Notes under the pieces: generated by a model
The model's input: the letters and a program-made list of their open reading frames with translations, nothing else
Databases searched by the model: none
What the model was told of the DNA's origin: nothing
In this document: positions 1 to 13,701 of the stretch, in pieces
Numbering within the stretch: position 1 is the stretch's first letter
How the letters are laid out: each line of letters opens with the position of its first letter
Assembly: GCA_051942205.1 (NCBI GenBank)
Contig: JAVECO010000028.1
Span: 62,001-126,000, forward strand
Reading direction: 5' to 3'
From: Coniocarpon cinnabarinum
Taxonomy: Eukaryota
DNA length: 64,000 nucleotides
Program-made: the position numbers and the translations under genes

Positions 1-406
1 GCTAATCTAGCTAAAGGTGCTGGGAATATGGAACACTCGAATGAGGGATTGAGCTTTATGGAATAGTAATGAAATGGTGTTCTAGAGACTCATACGATTT
101 GCTTCGTAAGACGCCTGTAAAAGCTCTTAAAACTAAAATAGGGCTCGGTGATTGTTTAGATCAATGAGATAAGATCAAAACGCTAGCACAGAAACGGACA
201 TGTTGGCATGGCGATCGGGACTGTAAACAAGCTCGAGTCTTCGTGGCAAGGTGGGCTTCTGTTCCGCAGTGTGTATTACAGTCTCGAAAGGAGGTTCTGG
301 AGCAAAATCTATCTCTGTCGAAGATACAACATATTGTTATTTCCGAACAGACTTCGTTCCTGGCGTTTACAGCGACAGCCCAGCTGCACTCTCATTACTC
401 TCCGCT

Positions 407-2557
407 ATGCTTCATCGCTCACGCAGCCGAGACTATGGCCCCACTACAGGACCGACCAACTTTACAAAGCAACAAACGGGTGACTACTTAGCCGATCTGA
501 GAAGCAAGAGACCCTCGAAGCCGGCGGGCTCCAGACCACCTCCGGCGGTGTCGTATCGTGGCGTCGCGCACCCCAACGAACCTTCTCTTCGCAGCAGCAC
601 GAGCACTCCTTGGGAACCCTCGCAAAATCAGAGTCACACTCGATCTTCCAGCTCGATGTCATCCCACCGCAACAATCATCCCACATCATGGGGTCGGTCG
701 TCGCCTGAAAAGATGTGTTTCAACACCATCCGCGACCAACAACATCAGAGAGCGGAGAAGGACGAAAGTCATGCAGTACGTGTCGCTTTGGAAGCTCTGG
801 ACAATGAGAGCTACAGCGGCAATGTGAGCGAGGCAGCGAGAGAAGAAGCTTTAGAGTTGCTACGCAAACACAAAAGTCCACATGCGCCATATGCAACACC
901 AGACTTCCCAGCAAGAAGGTCGGTAGCTCCGGTAGATCCAGCGGATATCGAATATGGCGCCAATGGTACACGATACAGAAATGGTGTGGAGGTGAGAGGC
1001 GACGACATACGCGCGGCTACTAGTCGTAGCCTGCGTGAGCGAAGTCCAAATCTTCCGAGCCCATCTTTCGTGAGTGACCAACCTGGAAGGCCCATAGTGA
1101 GTTTCGACAAGAACTGGAAGCCCCCAAAAGACGATGAAAGTGAGCATACAAGGAAATTGAGTGACCGACCACTTCCGAAGCCATCGCAACAGTCGCGCTG
1201 CAGGGAGACACTCGAGAGTAAAATCGTATCAGCCCCGGCGGTACCAACGTTAAAAGATATGGACAATGCGGGACGATTCGGAGGGAGAAGTCCGGGCCAT
1301 ACCAAACTCTCCACGCTACCAATGATCGCTGTCAACGATGAGACCGATCCGTGTGATGTTCCACAAATAAGCATCGAAGGCATTAGCAACAATGCCAATC
1401 CTGCTGGTGCAATTCCGTCCATCCATATCGATGAGGACCCAGTGCCCACTGATGTCACTCCGACATTTCCCACCCCATCCATCCACATTGATGATGACTC
1501 CACCCCGCTCAACGGTACGCCAACAATACCAACGCCTTCCATCCGCGAACCGGACACGCCCGGGAGTGCTGCAGTGACTCCAACACCGAAACCGCGACCC
1601 CCAAGGACTTCGAGTGCCCGCCCAACTCGGCCATCGCCACACCATGCAGCTACCGCACCAAGCGCCATCTCGCCATCCCACAGGACTCCTCACGCCATGC
1701 GTGGAGCCTCTGCTCTTTGTGCGCAGTGTGCCTTGCCCATCTATGGCCGCACTGTCACCGCCTGCGGAACACGATTTCACCCAAACTGCTTCACTTGCTA
1801 CCATTGCCACGAAGCGCTTGAATGTGTTCAGTTCTATCCAGAGCCTTCAGCACATCGTGATGCTCGGCTCGAGCGGATGCACAGAAGACTAAGTGGCGAG
1901 GAAGTGGTGCCACCAGATGGAGAGTCTATTGAAGGGGACGAAGATGATAGCTTAAGATTCTATTGCCATCTAGATTATCATGAGTTCTTCAGCCCGAGGT
2001 GCAGAAATTGCAAGACGCCAATCGAAGGTAAATACCTTGCTGCTGATTAACAAACCCTTCGAGAGCTAAACCCCTTTTCCTAACAGGAGACTGCATCGTT
2101 GCGCTGGGAGGTACCTGGCACGTAGGCCATTTCTTCTGTGCCAACTGCGGTGATGTAAGTCCGCTTTTGCGACCTACCTTTTGAACCAGAGTGCGCCTCA
2201 ATGACGATGGACTGACGCTATTACATCAGCCGTTCGATCGAGAGACTCCCTTCATCGAACGCGAAGGCTACGCCTGGTGCATAAATTGCCATCACAATCG
2301 GACAAGCGGCAAGTGCAAAAAGTGCAAGCGCCCAATTACTGAAATGGTGCTCAAGGCGCTGGACGCTGAATGGCACGAGGATTGTTTTCGGTGTATGGTG
2401 AGTCACGATAGCGAGCGCTGAAATAGTGGATCTTCATTGACAACAATGTCAGGAATGCAATGGAGGGTTTGATGATGGGCGATATTTCCTTCGGGGTGAA
2501 GGACCAGCGGCGTTGCCAGTGTGCGGAGGATGTGAAGCTCGGAGGTTGAAGGCTTAG
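407..2557 (+). CDS. LIM-domain (paxillin-like) protein with a long low-complexity N-terminus and three C-terminal LIM zinc fingers
   Basis: ATG at 407. Exons 407-2027, 2087-2154, 2230-2397, 2453-2557 with GT-AG introns. LIM motifs: CAQC..FHPNCFTCYHC..YCHLD (split by an insert), CRNC..WHVGHFFCANC..WCINCH, CKKC..WHEDCFRCMEC..VCGGC. Confidence 0.88.
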
Positions 2558-3195
2558 AGATTGGATATTTGCAATGTTACAGGATTCTACTTGTTCCAAA
2601 TGCTGTGGGGCCCCGGCCTTGATTATACGATTTGGCTGTGAATTGTGGTTTCCGGTGAGTGTTTACAAAGACATCCATGTGACACACTGGCGACGCATCG
2701 GCAAGATGACGTCCTCGGGCCGCTAGCGTGTGCGCACGGACCTCAATGCCAGCACGCGTTTCCTTTCCATCTGCTTTTTGCTACGACGAACGTCCTACCA
2801 CCTGCGCCGACGCCTCCCCCCTGCACTCCAGTCCATCTACGTTCTCCGTCAACACCCGGTTTGTGCGGTCTCGTGTTGCGTCGCCATCCCGTGGCAATGG
2901 ATCACCACTATCAGTCGAGCTAGAGTCGCTCCTTACACCCTCTCCTTTTTTCTAGTTTTAGGTTGCATCCATATTTGACGCGTTCGTCTCGAGATCTCGA
3001 GCTCGTTCAGAACATTTCAAAATCTCCCCAAAAAAATCTAGTAATAACACGTTCGGTTAACAAACGGTATGTGGCGCGCGTTACGAGACGTCGAGCATTC
3101 GATCCAAGAGTTGCGGTCGAGGACCATGGGACACCACCAATGAGAGAGGATCGCAGTAAAAACGTACGCGCTGAAGCTGACACTTCTGGCAGGTC

Positions 3196-6100
3196 ATGCT
3201 TGCCTCGAAGTACGCCGAAGCCGACCCTGCCAACCCTTCCAGCTCCCCCAAATCGCCGGCCAGGGTCTCTTCCTCTGGTGCTCCGCAATTACCAACCCCC
3301 CTCCGGACCGAAACAGAGAAGTTTGACTGGGCTGACGAGCCGATGGATTCACCATTGAAGCTCAAGCGAGCCGACACTGCCGAGAGTCAGCGGGCTGCAG
3401 CACATACTCGAACAAAGTCTTCCGCTCAAACTCCAACTATGACAGGTGCAGCGGCCCAGCCACCTATGCTTTCCGTAGAAAAGACGCATAGCCGTAAGAA
3501 GTCCACGGTCCAGACTCCATCTGCACAAGCGTCCTCAAGCATACAGTCGACTCCGCAAAGCGAGACGAAGCACTCAAGAAAGAAGTCAGCCGCACCAGTA
3601 CCGCAGGTGACACCCAGCCCATCTTCGAATGCCACAGCAACTTCTGCCACCAAGAAGAAGAAGAAGTCGGCGACGTCGATGGACACGCCCTTAATAGACA
3701 CCACTGAATCAACAACTCAAATTGCGGAGCCCACTTCGCCTCGGAGATCGAGAAAGTCGCAGGATGCAACGTCCACAGCACGCCAGCTGGCAGCACTGAA
3801 CACACACTTAGCTGAAGTTACCCCGGTGAAACCTGACCCAACCTCTCAGATGAAGCCATCAACGCCTGACTTGGTGGGTGCCCAGTTCGCATTGATCCGC
3901 AGTCGGCGAAGTTTGGTACTGATATTTTCTACAGGTCCAGCGTGCACTAACGCCAGCATCAGCTACACTATCTCCGGCGAAAAAGGTCATGTCAAAGCGC
4001 GGGAGACCTTGTGTCATTCGGATCCCCAAGGAGGCAGAAGAGCTTGATCTCAGACGTCATCCATGGTCTCAAGAGCAGTACACATCCCGTGTTGAGTCCT
4101 TTGAAAATGAAGGGCTCGGTACGCGTGGTTGGGACTTTCTTTCACCAGAGGATGCTAGTGGCGTGGGCTTCGAGCTTACTGCGCAAAGTTGTGGCGTGTT
4201 CCCAAGCCCCTCGGACCTAGCTCAGGAGACTATAGCTGGCAGTGAGATTGGTCGCTTCAGTATTGCTATACCAGACCAAAACAAATGGAATGAGTACATG
4301 GAGCAGATGATGGAAGACAAGCTGAAGGCACTCGGTGTGAAGCCCGCCGGTGATGAGCTCGCCACCACTCCTGCTGCAGAAGACATGTCACGACAAGCCT
4401 CGGCGTCGTTCCCAGGGCTAGCAAACTCGCCCCCTCCGTTATCCTCTTCAGTGAACAGTCAGCAAGGATGGCAAGGCGGTATGCCTTCTTCGGCACAATC
4501 ATTCTCCCCTGCGGCTTTCACAAATACCACCTCGGTCGGAGCGTTTGCGTCGCCCGCATCTATGGGACCGATGCAAGGCCGGCCAGGACACCTGTCTAGA
4601 CAATCTACGTTTGATTTCCCGTTTCCAGGCGCTGGGCCTAATTCGATTTCTGGCGCATCAGCAGCAACAAGTCAGCACCTTCAACAGCTTCCCATGGGAG
4701 CTGCAAACTCGCGTTTGTCGTCACAAACCGGTCCAGTGGTTCCACCAGGCTTTCAACGAATGCCTTCAAATATGTCTCGCGCATCGCCAGACATGTTCGC
4801 AGTCGAGAGAGGCCAATCGCAAACTCCACGCTTGCCATCGTACAATTATGGACCAGTCTCACGTCCTGATCTTTCTCGACGGAGCACTCTGCGCACCGAG
4901 CAAGTATCAGCGCCAACACCTAAGATGACTCCGCAGAACAGTCAACAAGGAAGGGACATTTTCACTCCCCCTACATTGCGCTCTCAATCCAATGCCTATG
5001 GTGAACTAGCCTATCCTACCCCGCGTGGTCACCGTCAAAATATCAGCCAGAATCTTGAAAGAGAAGCTGAGAACGCCCAGTACTATCCTGGAGAGTATGT
5101 CAATGAAGACAGGACGCCTGCCGAAGAAGCTGCCCCAAAACTACCCGCACAACTTGCTGGTCCATTCGACAAGCACACTACTGGCGACGAGCATGCACAT
5201 CACAAATCGAAAGACTCTTCATCAGGATTCAACGTCGGTGCTAAGGAGTTTATCTTTGAACCAAGGCCGTCTCACTCCAAGATTCCATCCATTGGAAAGA
5301 ATCCGTTTACGCCATCTGGGGGCGCAGGTGACACTGCAGTATCACTACTCACAGCTCATGCGAACGGCGAGACGTCAGGAGGTGGGAGCTTCAATGTTAC
5401 TGCGCCGGCATTTAAGCCTCCTGCGCAGCAACCTGAATTTAACTTTTCGAGCGCCTTTGAGTTTTCGGCGAAGAGGCCGGACAACAAGCAGCTTCCGAAG
5501 GACTTGGAAACATCGAGTGAACCACCAAAGGACAAGATATTTAGTGGCATAAATATGACGGAGGACATTGTTAAGCCAGCCAAGAAATCGAAGGCGATAC
5601 CTATCGTGAACCCGAATGCCACCCAGCCCAAGGACATACAAGACACGGACATTCAGGAGGATGAGGAGGGGCGGATCGCGCAAAACAAAGACCGCTTTAA
5701 GCGTAGCAAGCCAACGATGCTTGATGGCCAAAATGAGCCAAAGTTTGCTGCACCAAAGCCACTAAATGGCAACACCAAACTCGATATTCCAACCAGTCTT
5801 CCCAAGCTTGACAGCAAAATCGATGAAAGTAACAGCGATTTTGATGAAGGTGAACCCGAACGTTGGCAGGATTTTGGACTCGACATCCAAAAACAGCGTA
5901 TCCAGCCAACACCTTCGAAGCAAGACAAACCGGTGAAGGGAGCATACGTTCCGCCACACAAGCGCAAAAATACGGTGCAGGACCTCGATGATGTTGATAC
6001 CACTCCTCAAAAGCCTGCACCAAGCCAAGCTTCCGCGGTTCTAGCCAAGGAAATGGCGATACACCGCCAACAATCACGCAGCAGAAGTCCTCGATTCCCA

Positions 6101-9100
6101 CCCGGAGCGCTTTCTCCCACTTACCAGGAGATCGACGCAATCATGGAGAACCTCAATGGCGAGCCAGGTTTTGGTGTTGAGGAGCAAGAGGCTATTAACA
6201 AGCTTCCAGCGCCTGTGAAGTCCCCTGTGAAGAGAGCAGCAAGCCGTGGAGATGAGGCTCAACTTCTTGAGTCAAAGCTGACTGAGATCCAAGCAAGGCC
6301 AGCTTCAAAGAGTCCCGCCATTTCCGCTGATTGGCTGCGCGAACAGCAACAAACTATGAGAGCTGGAGCCTCTCCTGTGCGCAAATTAGTCGGTACAAGA
6401 GACATACAAGTCAGCGACTGGGATGACATGCTTGAATCAGGTGATGAACCGAGATTTGTACCTCACGCTCAATTTTTCGACACTCGGATTAAGAGCCTCA
6501 TAGAGGGTGTTCTGCAACAGCATCTAAGTCCACTTCAGAAATCACTGAAAGAAATGGATTCGTCCGTGCGAGCTGCATCGGTGCACCCGAGGATTTCGAA
6601 CGCCACAGAAAAGTCTGACAGCGATGCTGATGACGAAGACGACGCTGGCGAGGCACAACCGGGCGGCAGGACCAGGCGATCTGACAAAAAGTTGGATCAA
6701 ATTCGCTCGGTTGTCATGGAAGCCATCAAGCCCATCGCTACAGGTCGTACGGCGATACCGGATGCGAGTGAGATTCGCGATATGATCGCTGACGAACTGC
6801 AAACTCTGAACAACCGCCATCGGGAGAATTTCTTCGATATCTCCAAGGTTCAGTCTATGCTTGAGGAGACCATCGCTCGTGCGGAAGCAACAAGGGAAGG
6901 GCTCGATGTTGAGCAAATGAAGCTCGTGATTGCCGAATCATTCAAGGCTTTTGGCGCACAGCCCTCGCCGTCACTTGATTCCCAACAGATCCATTCACTT
7001 GTTGAAGATGTTGTCAAGGCTTCCAAAGCAGATGCTCCGCCAACTTTGGATCCGGAGCAAGCCCGTCACCTCATCAACCAGGCTGTTGCTTCAACAGCTC
7101 CTCAAATTCAACCACTAGACCGAGAGCAGGTGCAGTCAATCGTCACCGAAGTCATCAAAACACACGTCTTGCCTCGCCAAGAGCCCCTGAGCCGTGAACA
7201 GATGCAATCTCTAGTAGCCAATGCCGTCAAAGCAAGCGTATCTGCTCCTACACCTGCAGTTGAGTTCGATCCAGAGCAAATGAAACTTGTCGTGGCAGAG
7301 ACTATCAAAGCGTTTGGCATAGCTTCTTCGTCCATTGATCCGGACCAAATGCGCAGCGTCGTCGCAGAAGCAATGAAGTCCTCACTACCCGTCGCAGATC
7401 CTTTCGATCCTGAGAACATGAAGCTGGTTGTGGCTGAAACAATCAAGGCCTTTGGTGGTCCGCATCAGCCTCTTGACCATCAAATGGTTCAGCAGATTGT
7501 CATTGAGGCCGTTCAAAAGCACACACCTGCGCCGCCACCCGCATTCGACCCTGATGAAATTCGTGCAATCGTCAAAGAAGTGGTAAATTTCTCAAAGGCT
7601 GAAGACAGCTCACTTGAGCCAGAACACATTCGCTCTATCATCATGGAAGCCATCGCGACAGCAGGCATAAGCGAAGCAATAGCTTCGTCCCGTGATACCT
7701 GGGAGACTGCGAATGTGGCACAAGTCGAGCGGCTTGAATCTGAGGTTCGCCTAAGGCATGATGCAGAGTCGCGATCCTTGAACCTCGAGAAAACCCTCGA
7801 GCTCTCTGAGAAGGAAATCAGTCTTTACAAAGAGAATACCACACATACCGACAACCATATCCGCACTCTCCGTCACGATAAGCAAGCAGCCCAAGAGCGC
7901 ATTGAAGAATTGGAAAAAGCTGAGAGAGAGATCAAAACGCGTATGTCTGGACAGTCAAATCAAGTGTCGGCTCTGGAGAGCACTCTGGACGAGTATCGCA
8001 AGAATGCGAACCGCTGGCGTGAAGATCTCGATTCTGCAAGGCAAAGCCGAGAGAATTTACAAGCTGTGATCGATAACTTGCGGCAGGAGGCAAATAAGCA
8101 CGAGCGAGAGCGCCATGAGTTGTCAACGAAGGCTGAGTCGCTGCAAGATAAACTTGCCGGTGTTGCTCGCAACTTCTCTGCTGAACGTGAAGCCAATGCC
8201 AAAAAGAATGACACAATCGAGGCTATGAAAGAAAAACTTCAATTTGCAACCAACTCGCATAGTGCAGATCGTGAAGCTATTCGTCAAAAGGAAGAAGACG
8301 CCGCCAAAGAGTTGACCGTCCTTTCGGCTCGACTTGAAGAGGAAATGCGCATTCGCCAGCGTCTCGAGACCAATCTTCAAGCAATGTCAAATCACGAGAG
8401 AAACGCAATCAAGTCCGCTGTGCAACTCGAAGAGACGAGAAATTCCCATGCACGCCTAGTTGCAGAGGTACAAAAGCTCAGAGAAGAAAGCATGGCGGCG
8501 CAGACAGAGATCAACATGCGGGATCGAGAAGCCATGGAAGCCAAGGATATCGCTCGCTCGGAAATACAGCGTAGCAAGGTTTTACTTGAAGCTGAATTGG
8601 AAGTCGCGAAACGCAAATTTGACGGGACGAGGACTGAACTCGAGACTCGTCTGCATCATGTCCGTCAAGAGCTCGAAGCCGTTAGACAGGATGCTGAACA
8701 GCAGCGCAAGCTCTTCAACCACCGAGCCGAGGAAGCTAATCATGCGCGCACCAACGCCATCCGCGAGGCTATGGAGAACGTTAACATTGCCAGAAGCGAG
8801 GAGCGTACGCGGTTTGACCGACACATCAATGAATTGTCTCGAGAACACGAAATGGCAATGAGCAGAGCTCTTGGCGATCATCAGCGGGGCGAAGTCCATT
8901 TCAATGAGGCGCTGAAGGTCAAAGACGACAAGTTGCAGCTGCTAGAAGAAAAATGCAAGCATCTCGAGGACAAGGTAACAGTTGCGCAGTCAGCAGCCCA
9001 GGCTGCTGCAATCGCGGCCCAACAGCAACACAGTGCAAAATCACAAAGCCGAGAGGCCTTCCGACCTTCAGACCGCGTCTCACCACAAGCCTTGCGGGAA

Positions 9101-10204
9101 TCTATCGTTGTGTTACAAGAACAGCTCCAAGAGCGTGAATCCCGCATCGAGACGCTGGAAGCCGAACACGCAGAGCTTGCAAAGGCCAAGGAAACTGAGA
9201 CGAAGCTTGTCGCCCGTGAGACCGAGATCAACTGGCTACGCGAACTTCTAGGAGTACGCGTGGACGATTTGACAGAGCTTGTGAACTTGCTATCTGGTGA
9301 GGGTTACGATGCGCTCGAAGCTCGAGACGCTGCTATTCGTATTCGAGCGAATCTGCAAATGGAACAGCAGGAGAAAGAGCGATTGATCGGTCAAAGCAAC
9401 AAGTCTGCAGGATTACCTACTTCAGCTTCGAACTACGGCGGGAGTGGAATGACCCAAGGTCTTCAAGAACAAGGACGTGAGATGCTCCGAGATGTGTCGA
9501 ATTTTGCCACTCCACGAGCGGCGCAGCTTGCAGCAGTATGGGGCAATTGGCGCCGTGGACAAGCTTCACCGAGTCTTTCGACCATCAAAGATGCTGTTAG
9601 CAATCCTCATGCAACTCCATCACGTCGAACGTTGCGATCGGACTCGACCGAATCCACCGCCACTGCAATTGGTCCTGCGGAGAAGGTCGTTGGAAGATCC
9701 ACAAGCGCTGCGCAAACCTTCCTCTCGGGTTTGATGACACCACCAGCTTCCAATTATGTTCGTCGGACTCCAACACCGACATCAACCGCGTTTAGAAGCA
9801 AAGACAGAGAGCGTCAGCCCTCGTTCTCAGCTGATGGTCGCGAAACGGACGCCCAGCCACTATCACTCTCGCTGGAAGACGAGCTTGAGGTCACGAGCGA
9901 TGACCATGTCTCTCCGCAGCTTTCGCCCACTCGCTCAAGAGCCTCCAAGATTAGGACGCCACAAGCCACCGCCGGCATCTCTGTTAGCGAGCACGAAGAC
10001 CCTTTGCGCACACCTCTCGAGCCAAAAGCCATGGGTTTTGACAGTGGTGATAGTTTAGATCCAGAAGCTGCTGCTCACGCCGCACGCAGTCTCGAAGACG
10101 AGTTGGCAGACGGGAGCGAAAGTATGGGCAATTCCCAAGACTTTGCTCAAGACGCCGTCATTAGTCCCTTGGATCCGCCTGAGACGTGGGTCGGACCTTC
10201 ATAA
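3196..10204 (+). CDS. Large (~2,315 aa) fungal coiled-coil protein, of the type often annotated 'myosin class II heavy chain-like' but with no motor domain
   Basis: ORF 3196-3873 splices in frame across a 61-nt intron (3874-3934, GTGGGT...CTACAG) to the 2071-aa ORF. Disordered N-terminus, central helical repeats and a long E/K/R/Q heptad region at ~7700-9400. Confidence 0.8.
6690..7665 (+). repeat. About 14 degenerate protein-level tandem repeats (~22-26 aa, consensus [LF]DPEQ[MI]xx[LI]VxExIKA) inside the coiled-coil gene
   Basis: Units include LDVEQMKLVIAESFKAF, LDPEQARHLINQAVAST, LDREQVQSIVTEVIKTH, FDPEQMKLVVAETIKAF, IDPDQMRSVVAEAMKSS, FDPENMKLVVAETIKAF, FDPDEIRAIVKEVVNFS, LEPEHIRSIIMEAIATA, separated by Pro-rich linkers. 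Confidence 0.85.
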
Positions 10205-10694
10205 CAACTCAAGTGGACCTTCGACACGCTTGAGTATTCGGTCACGCAAGGGATAGGCGGGAGAAGAAGCTACACCATGAGTGCACACGACGCAAGAAAA
10301 CTGCATCACACTCTTTTATTCTGAACATACTAATACTGAGATACCCAAACTTTTTCTTTTTGTCAGGGGATGTATAGAATGTGTCTGCAATTCAGCGAAT
10401 TTGATACCCCAGTGTGTAGATAGAGACTCCAGCTTTTCAACCAGAAATTGAAGAGAATTCCAGCTGTGAGCTTCACGGCATCATAAAAGTGTCTCTCATA
10501 CTCTTCCTTCTCGGTCACATAGGAGCCTATTGCCGCAAGGCCGCATGATTCCCATCCGTTTCACGACCCTGCTCGTGTTGCACCAGTCCAGTTTGAAAGG
10601 CTAACCCTAGCGTCACACTGCCCAGTAGCTCGACCTGTTGGTTTGATCCGGCACATGCTCTCTGAACTGCCAACCCAGGTCGAATCGAGGCACG

Positions 10695-11944
10695 ATGTCT
10701 ATGTTCTTCGCACCCCCGTGCGAGATCGATGTCGTAAGTCAGCTACGCCGCAATAACCCTCCAATCTCCACTTATTCGGCATTCCAGGGGCTACTGAGAT
10801 TCAGGCTAGCACAGACGAGAGAACATACTTGCTGATATTAAAACTAGGTCCTCCAAGATACCGACGACCGGGTCATGGTCGACACAAAATTGGATAAGAA
10901 TCGGAGAGAAAAAGCGTAAGCGCATGACACCTCCCAAAACTTCTGGCAGCACTGGCAGCCGATGTCAGCGAAAGGCTGGTGCTGATGGCCGAGGTCTGAC
11001 AGGCCGTTATACTTCGATGGCGAGTCTGTAACTGGTGTGGTCACGGTGCGACCGAAGGATGGCAAGCGGCTGGAGCATACGGGCATTAAAGTCCAATTCA
11101 TTGGAAGCATAGGTTTGTCATATCTCCATCTCCGGCCGAGACATTCATGTTCAAATCCAGTCTCGTTCATAACGCGATCTTCACGGGATGGTCGCGTGTC
11201 CTGCACGAGCTGACGAAGTTCTAAGAAATGTTCTTCGACCGCGGTAATCATTACGAGTTCCTTTCCACCTCGCAAGAGCTCGCTAGCCCGGGAGAGCTGC
11301 ACCATGCGCAAACGTACCCTTTCAGCTTCAAGAACGTCGAGAAACAATATGAGTCATACAATGGCATCAATGTGCGGCTGCGTTACTTCGTTCGCGCTAC
11401 CGTATCGCGCCGAATGTCCGATGTGCTGCGCGAGAAAGACCTATGGGTATACTCCTACCGCATACCACCTGAGATCAACAGTAGCATAAAGATGGATGTC
11501 GGGATCGAAGACTGCTTGCACATCGAGTTTGAATATTCAAAGAGCAAATACCACCTCAAAGACGTGATTGTGGGTAGAATATATTTCTTGCTCGTACGGT
11601 TAAAGATCAAGCACATGGAACTCAGCATCATCCGGCGCGAGACGACGGGTGCGCCTCCCAACCAGTACAACGAATCTGAGACTCTGGTCAGGTTCGAGAT
11701 CATGGATGGCTCGCCGTCTCGGGGCGAAACAATACCGATCCGCCTGTTCTTGGGTGGCTTCGATTTGACACCGACGTTTAGAGAGGTGAATAAGAAGTAC
11801 AGCACAAGATACTACCTTAGTTTGGTTTTGATTGACGAGGACGCTCGGCGGTACTTCAAGCAAAGTGAGATTGTGTTATTCCGACAGGCGCCGGAAAACG
11901 TGCCATTAGCGGTGGAGCAGAACAAGCAAATCGCGGTATCATGA
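10695..11944 (+). CDS. VPS26: Retromer subunit Vps26 (Pep8)
   Basis: Short 5' exons (MSMFFAPPCEIDV; VLQDTDDRVMVDTKLDKNRREK; PLYFDGESVTGVVTVRPKDGKRLEHTGIKVQFIG) then the main exon with IKMDVGIEDCLHIEFEYSKSKYHLKDVIVGRIYF and EIMDGSPSRGETIPIRLFL. Confidence 0.96.
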
Positions 11945-13701
11945 GTGAACTGCTCGTTCCAAAGCAGGCCATCACCTATAGTCTGCGTCAACGCCTCTCC
12001 ACAGTAATACGACATCTCGTCCACAAAAGGCTTAGGAAACAATGGGCTTGCTCTCAAAGCTCAATGACAGGTAAGGACACCCATTCAGTACACTTGGTCC
12101 TAGTGAGCTGCAGATGAGGCCCCAAAAGCATCATGTCTAAGTACGCCCTGCACCAGGATTCCGCCAACAATTCGGATCTAATTATATACCCAGCACATTG
12201 CAGCAGCAGGTTACCTCCGGCACCTCCAACTTGCGCGCTTACTGGGACTCCGCGCATGAAAGCAAACTCGATTCTGACATACACATGCGAGAAGAAGACT
12301 CTTACTAACAACTCCTAGCTAGGTTCAACGAGGTCCACGGCACCCAGCAGCAGGTGTTGGAAAGCCCAATGTGATGAAAGCCAATGGTCAAGGCGTGACA
12401 GACCCCGCATCGCCCAAGTTATCTCAACAAGATCATCTCTAGCAACGTATACAAGGGACAAGAGATTACTTGCTTGTGCCCAGTCTACATTCCCCATTTT
12501 GCTGGGCACTTCTGGTACTTTGAAAGTCGGCCGTGTCTGATACCCAGCGTTGACGCATCAGGAGCCGTTGGCGCACTATCAGATGTGAGATGGTTCCTCA
12601 GCAGAGATACACAACAGATTCAGCACTACCAGCAAGTGGAGCAGCTCCGTGAACATGAGACAATGGTTTGGAAGGGGTCGGTGTAAGAAGTAAAGTTAGG
12701 CATGTGAGCGCCAATGAACTGGTGCATTATGCCACGAAGCCGAATGATAATAGCAAGCTAATTTCGTCAATCTTGTTGTGATTCGATGTTGTTCTTCATC
12801 CAAGACGCCAGACGCCCACACGTAGATGCAAGGGCTCCCATTGTACAGATTCTAAGTTTTACATTTGCAAGTGTCTTTCTGTTCGATAATTAAGTTATTG
12901 TGCGGACCACAGGCAATAAGGAGCGCCGCTCTTTCCAACAACACATGCTGTATCATCAACTGCCAAGACTTCTCGGATGCGTAAAGTCCAGAGATAGACA
13001 GAAGTTCGTTCCAAGCTCAACTCTTCCACAATACGCAAACCAAGCTCAATCTAAGAGAGCCGGTTCGTGTAGTCAAGCGCTTTGAGTACAATCCAGTATT
13101 ACAAAGTCAAACCCAATGTTGCGACCTCAACACCCCTCCTGCGCTCCAGGCCCTTTCAAAATTTACGCACTCCCAAAGCGGCCCAAAACAGCAACATCCA
13201 CCGTCAATGCGCTATCCAAAGCTACCCCTCTCGGGGTCATTATGTCACGACATACCCAAAACGGGCGTAAACAAAAAAAACATGAGCGTAGGGCTGGCTA
13301 GTCTCTTGGCATGAAAATTTCAATTTCAGCCTTATGGTGTCCTTACCTGCCCGTGGTCTATTTTATTCTACACAGGGCGTGGAAGTGTGGAAGTTGTATT
13401 CAAAGAGAGCTTGAGATGTCGCTGATTTTTTGGTGCTATTTTCTTGTTGAAATATGCGCGATTGGGGCGGGAATGATGGGATTTGTGGTTTTGCGAAGGG
13501 TCTGCGGGCAGGGTATTGCTGTTGAAGTCTCTTCCTGTAGGTGGTATCAATCATCCAAGCCAAGCTACGATTTGGTCTTTCAGTGATCAATCGCATGCCA
13601 AAGCTTTCGAACGTTGCAATTGCACTCTGCATTGAACATTATATGTTTAGCGCCTGATGTAGCTCGATGGAGCATTGCCCATGATGTCTGGGAAACATCA
13701 A

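Noticed and set aside
811..1668. 285-aa minus-strand ORF, and similar long antisense ORFs (e.g. 21077-21691, 30894-31706, 43326-43946)
   Set aside because: These are shadows of well-supported genes on the opposite strand and have no motifs of their own.
12133..12686. Possible small spliced gene (TACTAAC branch point and acceptor near 12318)
   Set aside because: I could not build a consistent open frame or find a recognisable motif.
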